A DNA stretch of 63,836 nt, filler included, from Kipferlia bialata (lineage: Eukaryota), in assembly GCA_003568945.1 (NCBI GenBank). It is 6 parts of 6 records of this genome, joined end to end, with 100 filler letters (N's around TTAATTAATTAA, not from the genome) between each part and the next. Parts side by side here need not be neighbours in the genome. Positions count along the whole stretch, not along the records: positions 30,549 to 45,228 come from BDIP01000790.1; positions 45,329 to 60,002 come from BDIP01000791.1; 4 more parts are not named here. One strand, given 5' to 3'. Below, in pieces: positions 36,701 through 59,838 of the stretch (the stretch's first letter is position 1; each line of letters begins with the position of its first letter). A program made the translations under genes and the position numbers. The notes beneath the pieces were generated by a model. It was given only the letters and a program-made list of their open reading frames with translations. It had not been told where the DNA came from and made no database searches.

Positions 36701-39700
36701 TGTGTAACATTGGGGACTCAGTGTGACCAGAAATGTATAGAACAGCACCGTAGCTGCCACAGTTTGTGTACCTGAGCGAAATCTCTATTGACTGCATCGA
36801 CCTAGGGTGAGAGTGGAGCAACAGAGTGACTACTCACAAACACTACTCAGAGCTAGACAGCAAGGTATGTAACGGTGGAACATACTCACCCTCTTGGACA
36901 ACATTAGACTCTCGCATTGCAGTCTGCGGCCCCTGTCCCGCACGGACTCCCCAGGGATACCCTCAGCCTGGATATGAGACATCACCAGAAGACACAAGTA
37001 CTCTCAAACGTCAACAGTGGGCCGAATACATTGTCGGGTCCATATGCAGCAGTTGATACCATGAAAACACTAATACAGACAACATTGAAGTATAGAGACC
37101 ATACCGCCGTGATTGCATCCTCAGCCGTGGCCCCCTTGTACTCCTGACGATAAGTGAGACACACTATACACAAGTACAGAGTAGGTGAGATATTGTAGTT
37201 GAGTCTTAACCGTATATTGTCGCACCGTTATCAATGTGGCCTCTGGGGTTGCCACCACTCCCTGCTGCTCTATTCGAGGGACATCCTATGTTGTAAGGAA
37301 CACTAAGCACAGACGATTCCACAGTATACCTCAGTGTTACGTGATAGACAAAACGACCACACTACTCATCAACATCCATTGCCATACACTCACCTGGCCC
37401 TGGGCATCAGTGCCAGTGACAGTGTCGGTGCCACTATCAGTGACAGGTGTGGTCTGTGTCACTGGGATATGGGGCTGATGGTAAAGGGGAGTTGGGGGTG
37501 ACTTAGGGGGGAGTCAGATACAACATCAACGAGTAAACCTAGATATAACAGCCCAGGCACATTGGGGCAATACAAAGAAGATATCAATGGGGAATACTCA
37601 CTCGTGATGGACAATGATGGTGCATGAATAGACAGAATATACGAATATATACATAATGCAATGTATCTGAATTAGGGCCCCATGACCGTATACAACCAAT
37701 ACCTTCTCGACTGTCTCGATGTCCCTCTCTCTCAGGACCTCAATTGACTGGGTATGAGAGGGAAAAGGAGACAACATGTCAACAAATACACGCTACTAAT
37801 CACATGGATACTCACAAGTGATGCAACGTGAATACACAGAAGAACATAGCTCCATATCACTGACAACGCGCCACCACACCCACCTCATCCACACTGGCAA
37901 CCCCATCTAGCCCCTCCCCCACCTTCTCTGTGATGATGAGTGCATCGGAGGCGGGGTCGGCCTGGATGTTGGAAGAGAGGGAGATGGATACCCTTGAGTA
38001 GACACAAGGCAACATATGTATATGACAGTGGGGTTGAGATTATATCTTCCATGTTTGTATACACTCATTGCCAATCCTCACCCTGTTGCCTGTTGAGATG
38101 TTGTATCCGTCAGCCTCTACCCTTGTCCCCTCCCTCTCACTGGGGGCCCCATTAGCACTCCTCTGGTGTCAGCTATATTGTATATGTTAGGAGAGGACCT
38201 ACCAAGTGTGAGTCGAGTAGGGTATAGCTGCCGTGAGAACGGTGTATTCAATTGTACTCTACGCTGTCTGTAGTCATACCATGTAACCCAGCACCCTAAT
38301 CTACAAAACACATAGACAATACCACACAGTGTGTGGCACACACACATATATATACACATATTGAAAGGAAAAGCCTTCTGCTGTCAGATAAGAACGCTAT
38401 CTCAAAACTAGGGACATTAGCCGATGTCCATGTACAATATGCAGTGCTGTATATGTATGCTGAGATATACCTGTAACTGTAGGTATTCATCTTTGCAAGT
38501 CCGCACCTTCTCTCTGGTCAGAGTATCCATGGCCTTGAGAGAGTCACTCTGAAGAGACCCAAGTCTATCTAGCTGGTGCCTGTGGTACTGGGAGATTATG
38601 CCCTTATGGTTAGAAAGCACGACCGAGATACACATACATAACTATATACAAATATGAATAAAATATGTATAGAATGATACGCAGAATACAGCAATGTCAT
38701 TACCGGCGTCCTGGTCTCCTCAGACATAGTGTACAACTTGTACGCACGGGTAAAGGCCTCTTGTAGGAATTGGAGCTTGTGACCCAAAACCTGTTGCGTG
38801 AGCGTGGCACTATTTCACAATAACATCAGTACATGCAGCTTGCGGAAAATATTGTTTACCTTAGCATGGGATGCGAACTGGGCTCGAATCTTGTCCTTGG
38901 AGAGCACACCAGTCTTAGCTTGTTCCTGGGTACCTAAGGCAGACTTACGTACACTGTGGGCCACCGTTGCGGCACGACCACAAATGTGCAGGACCCCAGA
39001 CAACCGCTCTATCCTTGCAAGTAAGTGTGAGAGAAAGGTAATACATACAAACGGTGAGGTGCTTATAGTATGTGGGTACATGGCACCATGACTAGTATCA
39101 CTACTAGAAAGTCTCGCTTTCTAGTGGTACCAGAGCCATAATATCTACAATCATGGACGTACCTCAGGTTGAGAGTCTCCCTCCTTTCACGGATCTCTGT
39201 GAGCACTGGCTGACACTTACACTCTAGACTCGACGGTGACACAGTGCCCTCAGTCACAGCATCTGAGGGTTACCAATGCAAAGATAAGAATACAAGACTG
39301 GGAAGGACACTATTGTAATTGTACAAATATACAATACATAAGGAATAATTGTCATACCATGCATTGCCGCAGTGTCACACAGGGTTAGTTCCAAGATCCG
39401 TGGGAGGGTGATGGTGTCCGCCGCCTGAGTATAAGACCCCAACGACAACCGGTGCAACTATCCCTATATCCCAAATACTCCCATACAAGAATGAACACAA
39501 AGGTACATAAGATACTTGATGCTAACAACACGTTGCATGAATAGTATATTTGTGATACCTCCTTCAGCTCATGCATGAGGGTGTTCCACCCTTGAGGGTC
39601 ATGAATGGCCTCGTTGACCAGAGCAGTATACCGGGGTTCAGTCAGTGTCTGTCGTTAGAACTATACAGGGTATCTGCCACAATATGTCATACCTTAAGTG

Positions 39701-42700
39701 TCTCAAGTGTCTCTTTTGCTGTCTGCAAACAGTCCTCGATCAAGTGACCCACACATTCGTGTCCTATGAACTTGTTGTGTCTAGACTAGGATTGAGGCAG
39801 CTTTCACTACAAGGAAGCAACATAACAGAGGATATGTGAGAACAAGACTAAAGTATCTGAAAGTATCACTACAACATCCAACATATGATACCTTAAGGTT
39901 CCGGCGGGCCATCCTATCAGCTTCTGCTACACTGGAGGTAAGTGGAGTGAGATGATAGATGCTAGAGACCACATAGATACATCTCATAATGTTGTCCAGG
40001 AGGCCACCACGTAAATATGACTCTAAAGACAGGCCAGCATATACCTGGCAAGTCTCCTGTCGTCCTGGAGATCCTCCTGGGGTAAGCAATTGCGAAAGAG
40101 AGAGAATGCTATAGGCGTCGACATAGCGGTGTCAGCAAGACATACCTTAGACCCCTTGTACACGGAGAGGATGATGTCCAAGCACTGTGTGCTCTTGTCC
40201 TTATCAACAAGATAGGCCTGGGGTGAGACATACCGAGATGATAAAGCGTAAGTCCTGATGGTACCTGCACTGTCTGCAGGGTTAGGTTCTCGAGGGAACC
40301 TGGGAGTGTGTATTTGTCTAGGCCCTTGCCTATGGCGCCAATGCGCTTGATGAGTGTGCCTTGTGTAAATATACAGGAACATAGAGTGAGTAGGGATACA
40401 TGAAACACGTACTGTGATCTAAAGCGATGTCTCCGCCTTCAGTCAGAATCCCAGTGTACAGGTCCTGAGGTAAGACTAGCTGTTGAGAATACTGTATATG
40501 TATGCAAGATGGGGAGAGCCTAAACCATAGCACCGACACACAAAAGATGAAAACTTCCCCTCCATCCCTAAAAGAACACCAGTGTGTGACCATGGGACCC
40601 AGTATACAATACTTGAATTCTACGAGTGCAAATACATATTAAACAAGCATACCTCTTCACCTCCTGTGAGAGCAGTGGCGGCCCTGCCAGCCGTGCTTCC
40701 AGCAACAGGATGTACTCCCACATGAATAGGGGGGATGAGGGAGCTAGTGGGGCGGGCAGAACCCTAGGATGAGACATAGGCAGCTAAATATGCACTCGAG
40801 TATATCCATATGTGATATCTAGAGCTTGCACACTATTCAGAGATACTCTCTACTGACTATTGCTTGATGAAGGTGTACCAACCTGGCGTGCCTCTGTCGC
40901 AGACCCGTCCTCCACAGCCCCTCTCTCACCGTCTGATGGGGTCTGGTGTGAGTCAGATCGCCCCACTCCCTGTCGATGGTATATACAATGGTACTATAAC
41001 AGTCATGTGGCAGTTGGGTGTCTGTAGGGTGTTGTAGGCATCAAATACACTGTACCAGACACTCACCTCCAGAGTGTCTACAGGGGCAGTTGCCTCATGG
41101 GGGGAAGAGACAGAGGGGACCCCACTTGGCTGGTGGTCAGGGAAGGATGAGGGGAAGATGGGATGATAAGACATGGATACAACAGCGATCTCCATTTCGT
41201 GGAGTTCGTCCATCTCTGAGTCACTATACCCATTATAGCCCCACAGCCACAAGGATATATGCCAGACTACACATACAACAATAGATTATGCGAATGGCAA
41301 TAGTATCAGGATTTGTATTGACTTGATACAGGATAGACCCCACTCCCACCTGAACACCCTTGCTGCCCTGGGTCCTGCCAGACCTCATGGCCTGGCCACT
41401 GGAGGCCTGGGGTTAGATTAATGTGACATGTACAAGTATTAATGTATCATTTGTACATCTCAACACAAACTATACAGGATATGGAATGTATACAATCGGG
41501 ATATTGCAGTTAACACCATATTATGCTGTCAATCGAGTGTGCGAGCTATGTATATCCATATTAGGTGAATGCTCATTCAACTGGATCGAATACTCTGTGT
41601 ATTGACCGCCCATTGGATATAGTGCTATGACACTGGCCGTGTCTCAGTCTCCCTCCCCCTCTCTCTACACATATACTACACACTCTATATCCCCTATACC
41701 TTGCCACCCTCTGTCTGCTCTGCGGTGTGTCCCTTGGCCTTAACCCTAGGCTTGGTCTTGGTTGGCTGTGGTTAGACACACAAATACATATATATATACA
41801 TATACACACCAGCATGTCCTGACATCTCACTGGTACACTCCTATAGACACACCTCGCTAGTGTGGGCAGCGGGTCTCTTGGCATCGGGGGCTGGGGTAAG
41901 AGCCAGCACAGCGATTGGCACTTGTGGTAAGTAGCTGACAGACACACATATACATATAGACACACATATAGAGGCATAAGAATATGGTCCATCATNNNNN
42001 NNNNNNNNNNNNNNNNNNNNNNNNNNNNNNNNNNNNNNNNNNNNNNNNNNNNNNNNNNNNNNNNNNNNNNNNNNNNNNNNNNNNNNNNNNNNNNNNNNNN
42101 NNNNNNNNNNNNNNNNNNNNNNNNNNNNNNNNNNNNNNNNNNNNNNNNNNNNNNNNNNNNNNNNNNNNNNNNNNNNNNNNNNNNNNNNNNNNNNNNNNNN
42201 NNNNNNNNNNNNNNNNNNNNNNNNNNNNNNNNNNNNNNNNNNNNNNNNNNNNNNNNNNNNNNNNNNNNNNNNNNNNNNNNNNNNNNNNNNNNNNNNNNNN
42301 NNNNNNNNNNNNNNNNNNNNNNNNNNNNNNNNNNNNNNNNNNNNNNNNNNNNNNNNNNNNNNNNNNNNNNNNNNNNNNNNNNNNNNNNNNNNNNNNNNNN
42401 NNNNNNNNNNNNNNNNNNNNNNNNNNNNNNNNNNNNNNNNNNNNNNNNNNNNNNNNNNNNNNNNNNNNNNNNNNNNNNNNNNNNNNNNNNNNNNNNNNNN
42501 NNNNNNNNNNNNNNNNNNNNNNNNNNNNNNNNNNNNNNNNNNNNNNNNNNNNNNNNNNNNNNNNNNNNNNNNNNNNNNNNNNNNNNNNNNNNNNNNNNNN
42601 NNNNNNNNNNNNNNNNNNNNNNNNNNNNNNNNNNNNNNNNNNNNNNNNNNNNNNNNNNNNNNNNNNNNNNNNNNNNNNNNNNNNNNNNNNNNNNNNNNNN

Positions 42701-43046
42701 NNNNNNNNNNNNNNNNNNNNNNNNNNNNNNNNNNNNNNNNNNNNNNNNNNNNNNNNNNNNCATGGCTATATATACTATACACTCTATATACCCCTGGAAT
42801 GACTAGGGGGTCATGACTGATATCCACTGTGTCTAGAACATGTCGGCTGTATCAGCAGCTAGCACCCATACCCACCTGTCGAGATGTGCCAGTCCCAGTA
42901 GCCCTGGCCACTGATGCCCTTGTCCCTCCGACAGGGGGCACTGCAGCCTGACAGTGAGGAGGGGGGGGTATGAGTGACTGTGTACTATGAATACAACTAG
43001 TCTACTCCACCTCCAAAGTGTACTGAATGAGCCGCATCTCTTTCCG

Positions 43047-43080
<34 letters not shown>

Positions 43081-44844
43081 CCCTCTCTCCCCCCTCTCTC
43101 TATATAAATAGAGAGTATATACTGTACTGGATCTACTTATGCCACCATACAAACACATACCTTCCACTCCTTCGGAAGCGTACTGCCTATGTATAGCTCT
43201 GACTCTCTCCATATCTCTCTCTACATATATATATATATAAATATATGTATGTATATATATGTATATATATATATACCATAGTATGACATCCAATACATTC
43301 TATAACACACTTAATTATGGATACATACATACAACTATTCAAGAGTTGGATTCTTAGTATACTATCAACAATCATATCCCTTCTTTGACATGTCTCAGTC
43401 TCTCTCCCACTCTCTCTTCCCAATATACTCTGTATATACTCTATACATACTATCAGTCTACCCGTACTTCCTCCAATTGTGCGACGGCTATTGCTCAATA
43501 TCTATCCATATATAAACACTATATACATATACGCACAGTATATACATTATGCCACACCTGTATAGAATGTAATATATAAACACTATTAAGATACATGTAC
43601 CTCCTGACGACGCCGAGTCCTGCCCCTGCTGGGCATGGCTGTATCAGTGGGGGGTGCTGCAGTGAGATGAGGTATTGACAGAGGAGCGGAATGAAGAGTA
43701 TTCGCTCACACATATATTCACTGAGCACCCTTGACCACAGATACATGGCATATACATATATATATACAAGTACACTTCAGTGGCACCTGCTGCACTCTCC
43801 CCCTCTGACACAGGTGGCTGGGGCTGGGTATCGGGTGGTCTGGCCTGGAGAGTGAGAAGACAACATACCCTGCATAGACACGAATATATATCTATCTATA
43901 TATATGTGTATATATACACGTAATACCGAAATAGGACAGGGTCATGGGAAGAAACCCTACCTCGCCGCTACTCCCCTTCACCCTTCTCAATCCCCCAAAC
44001 AACCTTCTCTTCTCCTTAGGAGCAGGAGCATTCCGGTCGTTCTGCTGATATAAGGTCAAAGCCTATAGGGATAGAGAGACATATACATAGATGGGGTTTT
44101 CTCCTGCTACTAGATATGTCGGCCTAGGTTACTATGGAAACACCCAATAATAGACCCACACACATATACAGAAATGCCATCACCAGTGCGATACTCATAA
44201 CTGCGAGTCATCACATGATATATGAATATTAATGTACATTGTAGACACTATCAAGATTAATGCTGTCAATATCTAAATATTAATATATATATATCGTCAA
44301 ACTTATCAATTCAAAGCACTGTAATGGCGTACCGGAACCTGTGTTGGGCGACCCAGTCTGCCCCTGGTCTGTTGTTGAGCCTTCTCCTAAAGGTCAGTGA
44401 TATAGATATGGATATAGATATAGACAACAGCTCCAGAATATCTATCCTACTCTGAGAGGAGACAGACACTCAGTATCAATACCACTATCTCTCTCTATAC
44501 ATATCACTATACTGACACTGACTCTCTATCCCACTCTAAGAGGAGGCGGATACTCAGAATCAGTATCAGCATCACTATATATCACAACACTGATACTGAT
44601 ACTGATACTGGCTCCATCCTACTCTGAGAGGAGGTAGATACTCACCCTGCGCTCCTTGCCCTCAGCTACGCCATGCTTGGGCTCGGCCAGCGCCTGGTAT
44701 AAGGACATAGCATGAGTATACGGTATGAGAGCATGGCCATACAGGGGACAGGAAAGGAAATACATTTGGATCAAGAATACAACGGAATATACAATATATA
44801 TATAATAGTATTACATAACTCACCTTCTTCTTACGTGGTGCCAT
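30764..44844 (-). CDS. Very large multi-exon hypothetical protein (helical middle, long P/S/R/E low-complexity stretches, coiled-coil C-terminal part); may be two genes; spans N gap 41996-42760
   Basis: Continuous chain of same-strand exons with canonical splice sites from MAPRKKK| (44844) to ...EEEGEMEFFFN* (30764); I found no clear internal stop or start, but did not verify every junction; no recognisable domain. Confidence 0.5.
35816..36170 (-). repeat. Three tandem exon+intron units (~135-bp period)
   Basis: Exons 36088-36117 (AAEPQERERE), 35955-35990 (AIEPQDRERERQ) and 35816-35851 (ASKLQRDKRERE), each CTCAG|...|GTA, with homologous intron sequence. Confidence 0.85.
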
Positions 44845-45328
44845 ATCCTGGGTGGATCAAGACCACTGGTTGTTAGGGCGTGACAGGTGGGTGGGTAGTA
44901 TATAGAGTAGAATACTACATAGCAGAATGATATATATATAGTAGAGATAGTAGGGTGAGGGAGGTGACGGGTAGTATAAAGAGTAGAATGCTATATAGTA
45001 TCACAGCTAGTATATGTTGATCGGCACACCATATAATAGACACTGATATCACGGGAGAAGGATAGAATATGTCATATGAATATATCATATGATTATATAT
45101 CAACGAGTACCAGCACTATCAGTATATGGCCTATCTCTGGAGTAATGAAGGAGTCAGAGTACAAATATAGAGAGAGAGAGAAGAGGGGGGGGGGGGGGGG
45201 GGGGGGTCCCCCAAGGGGGCCGGGCGGGNNNNNNNNNNNNNNNNNNNNNNNNNNNNNNNNNNNNNNNNNNNNTTAATTAATTAANNNNNNNNNNNNNNNN
45301 NNNNNNNNNNNNNNNNNNNNNNNNNNNN

Positions 45329-45375
<47 letters not shown>

Positions 45376-45436
45376 AGAGTGTGGAAAAGATATGTATAAT
45401 TAGAATGTTCATCTATAATGGTATACGCATCCCCAC

Positions 45437-47352
45437 CTGCGACTGTCTCGTCGAGGAGTGCCACGTCCTTGCCAATCAGAGACATGATGCAGTCCAGGTG
45501 CATCCTGTCCTGGGGGTCAGGGGGAGACTACGGGCACAGACATACAGACACAGTATGTATATACCTGGTTTCTGTCAAAGACGTCTCTGACCAGAGCAAA
45601 CCTCTCTGACCCCAGGAGATCGGCTCCCATCAGGAACCTAGGGGTGGGGGAGGGAGAGAGAGAGAGAGAGACTGATGCTGCCACTCACTTTGCTGCTGCC
45701 TGGTTGGACCTGAGTCCCACCCCCATCAGCATGGTGTGTCCACCGGCGATGAAGTCACCCCCCTCAAGGGTGCCTGGGGGTGAGTGGATAGACAGTAAGA
45801 GGCATACAGGGCAGAGGTAGATGGGTGTATAAACTATCGGGGGTAGAGAGAGAGATGTCGTGGGTACCTGGTGCGGGTATGCGTCCGATGGGCTCTATGC
45901 CCACCCTCCTCATCACAAGCTCCATGATCTCGGCCTCTCCATTCCGCTGCGGGGAGGACAGACGGCCCATCACAACACCGCGGGAGGTGGTGATCTGAGG
46001 GTGAGGGGAGATGGGGGTGGAGAGGGAGTGGAGAATGGTGTTTCACATACATGCCACCTGCTATGTTTAACTATCACTATACCCTTCTCCATACCTGCTG
46101 GTCCCTGGTGAATGTGAGGTTGCCGAGGGGCCTCATCCTGAACTCCCTGGCGACAAGGGGGGTGTTGGCATCGGCCCTGGGGGTCAGAGGCTGTACAGGG
46201 TGTATATATAGGTACATCCACCCATGCATGCCTTGTGAGTGTGACGGTGGGTCTGGTTAGGATGAGGTCGATCAACTGATCGGCAGACATGGCCGAGATG
46301 ACCTTGGCCTGGGGTGGGGGAATGGTCTCAGAATACACTTGGTCTTATGGATGCAACATATACTCATAGATGCACACCCACCTTGTACTCGTCTGACACG
46401 TAGTACTCCTGCTCCTCCTTCAGCTGGGCACTCGACTCAGACACCCTGGGGTCAGAAGGGTATACGCATACATACAAATGAATACTGCACACATGTCACA
46501 CCCACCTGTAGCACATGGAGTCAAATGCCAGCTGCTCCAGCTCTGCCCTGCCGCACTGGCCTGGCTCGCTGTCCTTGGCTGGGGGTCAGACAGGGGGGGG
46601 GGGGTATAGCGTACATGAGAAGAGTATGTGCTTGTCACAGTGACAGTGGGTGAACAGCACTTCGGTGAGGAAGAATGTGCATCGATATCCACAGGCTTCA
46701 TTAGGTATATATCCACCCCGTACCCAGCAGCTGCGTGACCTCCCCGACCTCAATGCCCCTCCTCTTGAGGGCAGCCACGTACCCATCGTGCTCCTTCTGG
46801 GCCTGGGGTCAGAGGGGGGGCATAATACAAATGTACACATGTATATATGTGTCTAAGTAGACATAACCCCTTCTGTACATCGTCCGACGTTGACACTGGA
46901 AGACTGGCTCTATAACAATACATATATGTCTCCACATAAAGTGGATACCTATCCTATACACACATAGAAAAACTCCATACACACCCACTCTGCCGCACCT
47001 GGTGGATGTTGAGGGGCACCTCGTACAGACTACCCACGGGGTGCAGGGCAGAGGTGGACACAGGCTGGGAGGGCCTGTACACAAGGACCAGCTCGGCCTT
47101 GTCGTCCTAAAGGGTCAGAGGGGGGTCAGAGGGGGGATTGACTAATCCAGACAGAGGAATATATAGATATATATTTAGGGAGAGAGAATACAGAGTGCTG
47201 GAGGGTGGGAATGGCACAGTCACATAGTGAATGACCCTTGCATAGTGTTATTGTGATAATACCTCGTGGAACTGGTAGGCAGGCTTGGAGTTCAGAGGGA
47301 CCTGGTGGAAGGCGCAGTCGGCTCCCTCTCCACACTTGTGTATCGCGGACAT
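45437..47352 (-). CDS. ADI: Arginine deiminase (amidinotransferase fold, Giardia/Trichomonas-type), 3'-partial
   Basis: Spliced: MSAIHK...QFHEDDKAELVLVYRP...AQKEHDGYVAALKRRGIEV...PLGNLTFTRDQQITTSRGVVMGRLSSPQRNGE...GTLEGGDF...GVGLRSN...QDRMHLDCIMS. FTRD, LEGGD and MHLD are ADI motifs; the catalytic Cys region lies beyond the spacer. A probable 5'UTR intron runs 47353-47540. Confidence 0.92.
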
Positions 47353-48206
47353 CTGGTTGTGAGAGAAGAGAACAGATATACAAAGACATGGGTACCGCAA
47401 TGGAGGGCAGATACGTCGACTCAGTGTCAGATGAAGACAAGCACAAGTATAAGAAACTCCACCCTGGAACATCTCCCATACACTAGAATATGGATATACT
47501 CAGTATAAATGGCTCGATGAGGTGTATAATACCCTCTACCTTGTGAGTGTATAGAGACTCGTCAAGGATGTCAAAGTCTCTGTCTTTCAAATCAATTTTA
47601 AATCAAACACACAAATTTAACTAAATCATGATAATTACGAAATACAATCGGTATCCAAACGAACGTATCGTAAGGTTCTAAGCTGGTGATGGTATGCTAG
47701 GACTGGATGTGGTGTTATCTCAATGTATACATAAACAGTGGTATGTACCACCATGGTGTATCTAGCATTTAGATTCGGGGATGGGAGGGGGAAGGGAGGG
47801 GCACTTATGAATGTACCCGCTAAGTATGAGCGAGATAGGCAACTCTGCAGCTGATAATCCACCCACCTGGCTTGCCATGAAGGATGGAACAGGCTCAACA
47901 TAGCCATCCCCCTCATACGAAAGGGAACCTCTGCGACTCATGTGATGTGCTTATAGAGGCAGAGGTAGCGTTTGAGAGCCAATCAACACACCAATCAAAA
48001 AGAGAAAAAAGGGTTTGGAATTGAAATTACTGAATTCACAGTGTGAAGGAAAAGTGAAGGAAACAACAGCAGAAGCTGCGATATGTATGGTACCATATCT
48101 AACAACCAATGTATACCATATCTCAAGTAATACTCAAAGTATTCTATTGAACAGGGCCACTGCTATCCAACTGACGCCTTGACCCTCTCTGTGCCCTCCA
48201 GTCCCT

Positions 48207-57638
<9,432 letters not shown>

Positions 57639-57807
57639 CACTTGAAACTTCGATGCCCTCCTGGTAGCTGTATGGTAACAGGCTTTTTAGCTAGGCTGTG
57701 TGGGTAAGCAGCTCGACTCGACACTAGCCCCCCAGAGCAAAAAACGAGCCTAGTGTGTTTTTGCAACAAGGGTCTGGAAATAGAGACAACCACAGAGATG
57801 CGAAGCA

Positions 57808-58584
57808 ATGCTTTTGAGAGTGCCCGGCTGCCCTCTCCCAGTGATGTTGATGGACCCCGTGAGAGAGGTGAAGATAGATGGAATGACGCTGCTCGATATT
57901 GTTGTCAAGAGCCTGCAGCAGCTTCCTGAGACTCAGACCGGTGTTATCTTTGGTTCTTACGAGGATGGTGTCGTTCACGTCCACGACTGGATGCCAGAGA
58001 GCACAGAGGAGCTGAAGGAGGATGCTCTTGAGGCTATGCGTCTCACAGGATCATACACCAACCCAGTTGGGTGGGTTCACACCTCTCTTCAGGGCATTCT
58101 GTTCAGGCAGCTGTTCCACGATATGCACAAGAGCTGGCTTGAGGGTTGCCCTCATGCTGTGTGTCTCTGCCTGGATCCCCAGGCGCTTTCCACTGGGTCT
58201 CTGTCCCTTAGGGCTATCACCTTCTCTGCTGAGGAGGATGGAGACCGTTTCATTGAGATCCCAGTTGTGATTGAGTCCAACCCCGCCACCCAGCTTGGGG
58301 CCCAGTCCGGGGCCCTTCCTCCTGTGCTCCCCCTCTCCTTCTGTGCCTCTAGGAGGCTCGAGAGGGCAGTTGAGATGCTGAACCTTGCCGTGGAGACCCA
58401 CCGTGCCGATAACCGTCGGTTGATGTGGCTGCGCAAGGGAAACCAGGGTAACGAGATTGCTGTGCAGGAGCTGACGTCTTCTCTCTCCGAGGAGTACGTG
58501 AGGCTCATGTCTCGTGTGGTGGATGAGGCCTGTGGGTGCCTGGAGAGGGAGAGCCACACTGTCAATGCCTGGCATGGAGAGTGA
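57808..58584 (+). CDS. EIF3H: MPN(-) domain protein, eIF3 subunit h-like; intronless; true start may be the downstream MDPVREV
   Basis: VKIDGMTLLDIV...GVIFG...VGWVHTS...CLDP...GSLSLRA aligns by eye with eIF3h (VQIDGLVVLKI...GVLLG...VGWYQS...YDP...GSLSLKA); no intact JAMM HxH motif. Confidence 0.7.
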   Translation: MLLRVPGCPLPVMLMDPVREVKIDGMTLLDIVVKSLQQLPETQTGVIFGSYEDGVVHVHDWMPESTEELKEDALEAMRLTGSYTNPVGWVHTSLQGILFRQLFHDMHKSWLEGCPHAVCLCLDPQALSTGSLSLRAITFSAEEDGDRFIEIPVVIESNPATQLGAQSGALPPVLPLSFCASRRLERAVEMLNLAVETHRADNRRLMWLRKGNQGNEIAVQELTSSLSEEYVRLMSRVVDEACGCLERESHTVNAWHGE

Positions 58585-59029
58585 GGGGGACGTTTTCGCT
58601 GTCGTAGTGTTCAATTAAATATATCATAGATCTTTGCGTTTTATGACGATACGTGGTGTTGCGTTGATTGGCGTATCATGAGATGATGTCTTGCTATCAG
58701 ATGAATGTGTTTTCTCCCCCCTGTACTTTTGCATCAGACTCTGACATCCATGAGTAACGATCAGTGATACAGGAACACATACTGTATCCTCTAGTAATAA
58801 CCGCTTCATTCCTTAAGACAGAATCTATACAATCAAAGAGCACCCAGACACTATAATCCCCGTGTAATGGAAGAGAGACCCACGGGGACTAGCCTTCCCC
58901 TCCACACTGGTGGTCGGCCATTCCCATGACATCCACATACATAGTCTCTCACCGCACAGAGGGATCCGTTCCAAAGATCTGCCCACTCAGCCCTCCCCAC
59001 CGACTATACTCTAACGGGTACACCTAGAC

Positions 59030-59838
59030 TTACAAGAACTTGGCTAGCCACTGGAAGCCCTCTCTGTAGCCCTGCTTCCTAATGACACTGCACGGGAAGA
59101 ACTCAATGGGCCTCACACCCTGGGGCACACGGTCAGTCTCCTTGCCCACAAGCCTGTTGGAGAGCTGGAGGCCGGACAGGGCCTGGTGGGGGTCGGCGGC
59201 ATCAGGCTTATCAATCTTGTTCCCAAGAACAAGGAAGGGCCTTCCCTCAAGCTCTGGGGCCTGAAGGAGATCGGCAAGGGCCTTGCGGGACTCCTCAAAC
59301 CTGGGTCAGAGAAAGGTATAAGTCTTGAAAGAGCAGCAGCATACTGTCGACAACCCCCAAAGTCAGCCCCCCTCACCTGGCTGGGTCTGACATGTCCACA
59401 AGGAACACAACCCCATCGGCAGTCAGGTAGTACTCCCTCCAGGTGTGGCGAACCTGGGCATGTCCACCCAGATCGAAAGTCCTGAATCTGATGCGGCCCA
59501 TCTTGAGCTCATGGGAGCATGGCTGCTGGGTGGGGTCGAACTGACCTGCGCTGCCCTTCTTGAGCATGTACAGCAGGGTGGTCTTTCCGGCGTTGTCAAG
59601 GCCCAGGAACACAATCTTGGCCTTCTTCTGCCAGAGTCCAAGCCAGTTCAGCATCTGCTTATGAGCATATGGGGTTATGAGTGGGATGGCACTTGTAATA
59701 CTGGTTCAAAAGACCATCATTCAGACAACAGAAGTAGCCACAGCAACTATACGAAAGCTAAGCACAGAGACAGGCTATAATGCCGTATAGATAGATGTTT
59801 CTCACCCCAAACAGCCAGTCAAACATCTTGGGAGCCAT
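59030..59838 (-). CDS. SAR1: Small GTPase Sar1 (COPII), three exons
   Basis: MAPKMFDWLFG|(Q)MLNWLGLWQKKAKIVFLGLDNAGKTTLL...TFDLGGH...LVLGNKID...CSVIRKQGYREGFQWLAKFL*; stop TAA at 59030-59032. Confidence 0.97.

Noticed and set aside
41573..42827. Long ORFs of 272-396 aa
   Set aside because: Composed mostly of translated Ns.
44129..44142. X-box-like GTTACTATGGAAAC
   Set aside because: Single intronic match; RFX regulation is not expected in this lineage; consistent with chance.
46868..46909. Possible 42-nt in-frame cassette exon in an ADI intron
   Set aside because: Would interrupt the conserved N..AQ.EHD helix, and the flanking exons already join in frame; no support without cDNA.
47540..48200. 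Possible ncRNA or tRNA in intergenic DNA
   Set aside because: No cloverleaf, A/B boxes, Sm site or C/D pairing that I could support by eye; a covariance-model search would be needed.
59030..59032. Hexamitid-type TAR=Gln genetic code
   Set aside because: SAR1 ends at TAA and CDC48 at TAG at the expected positions, and long exons have no in-frame TAA/TAG.
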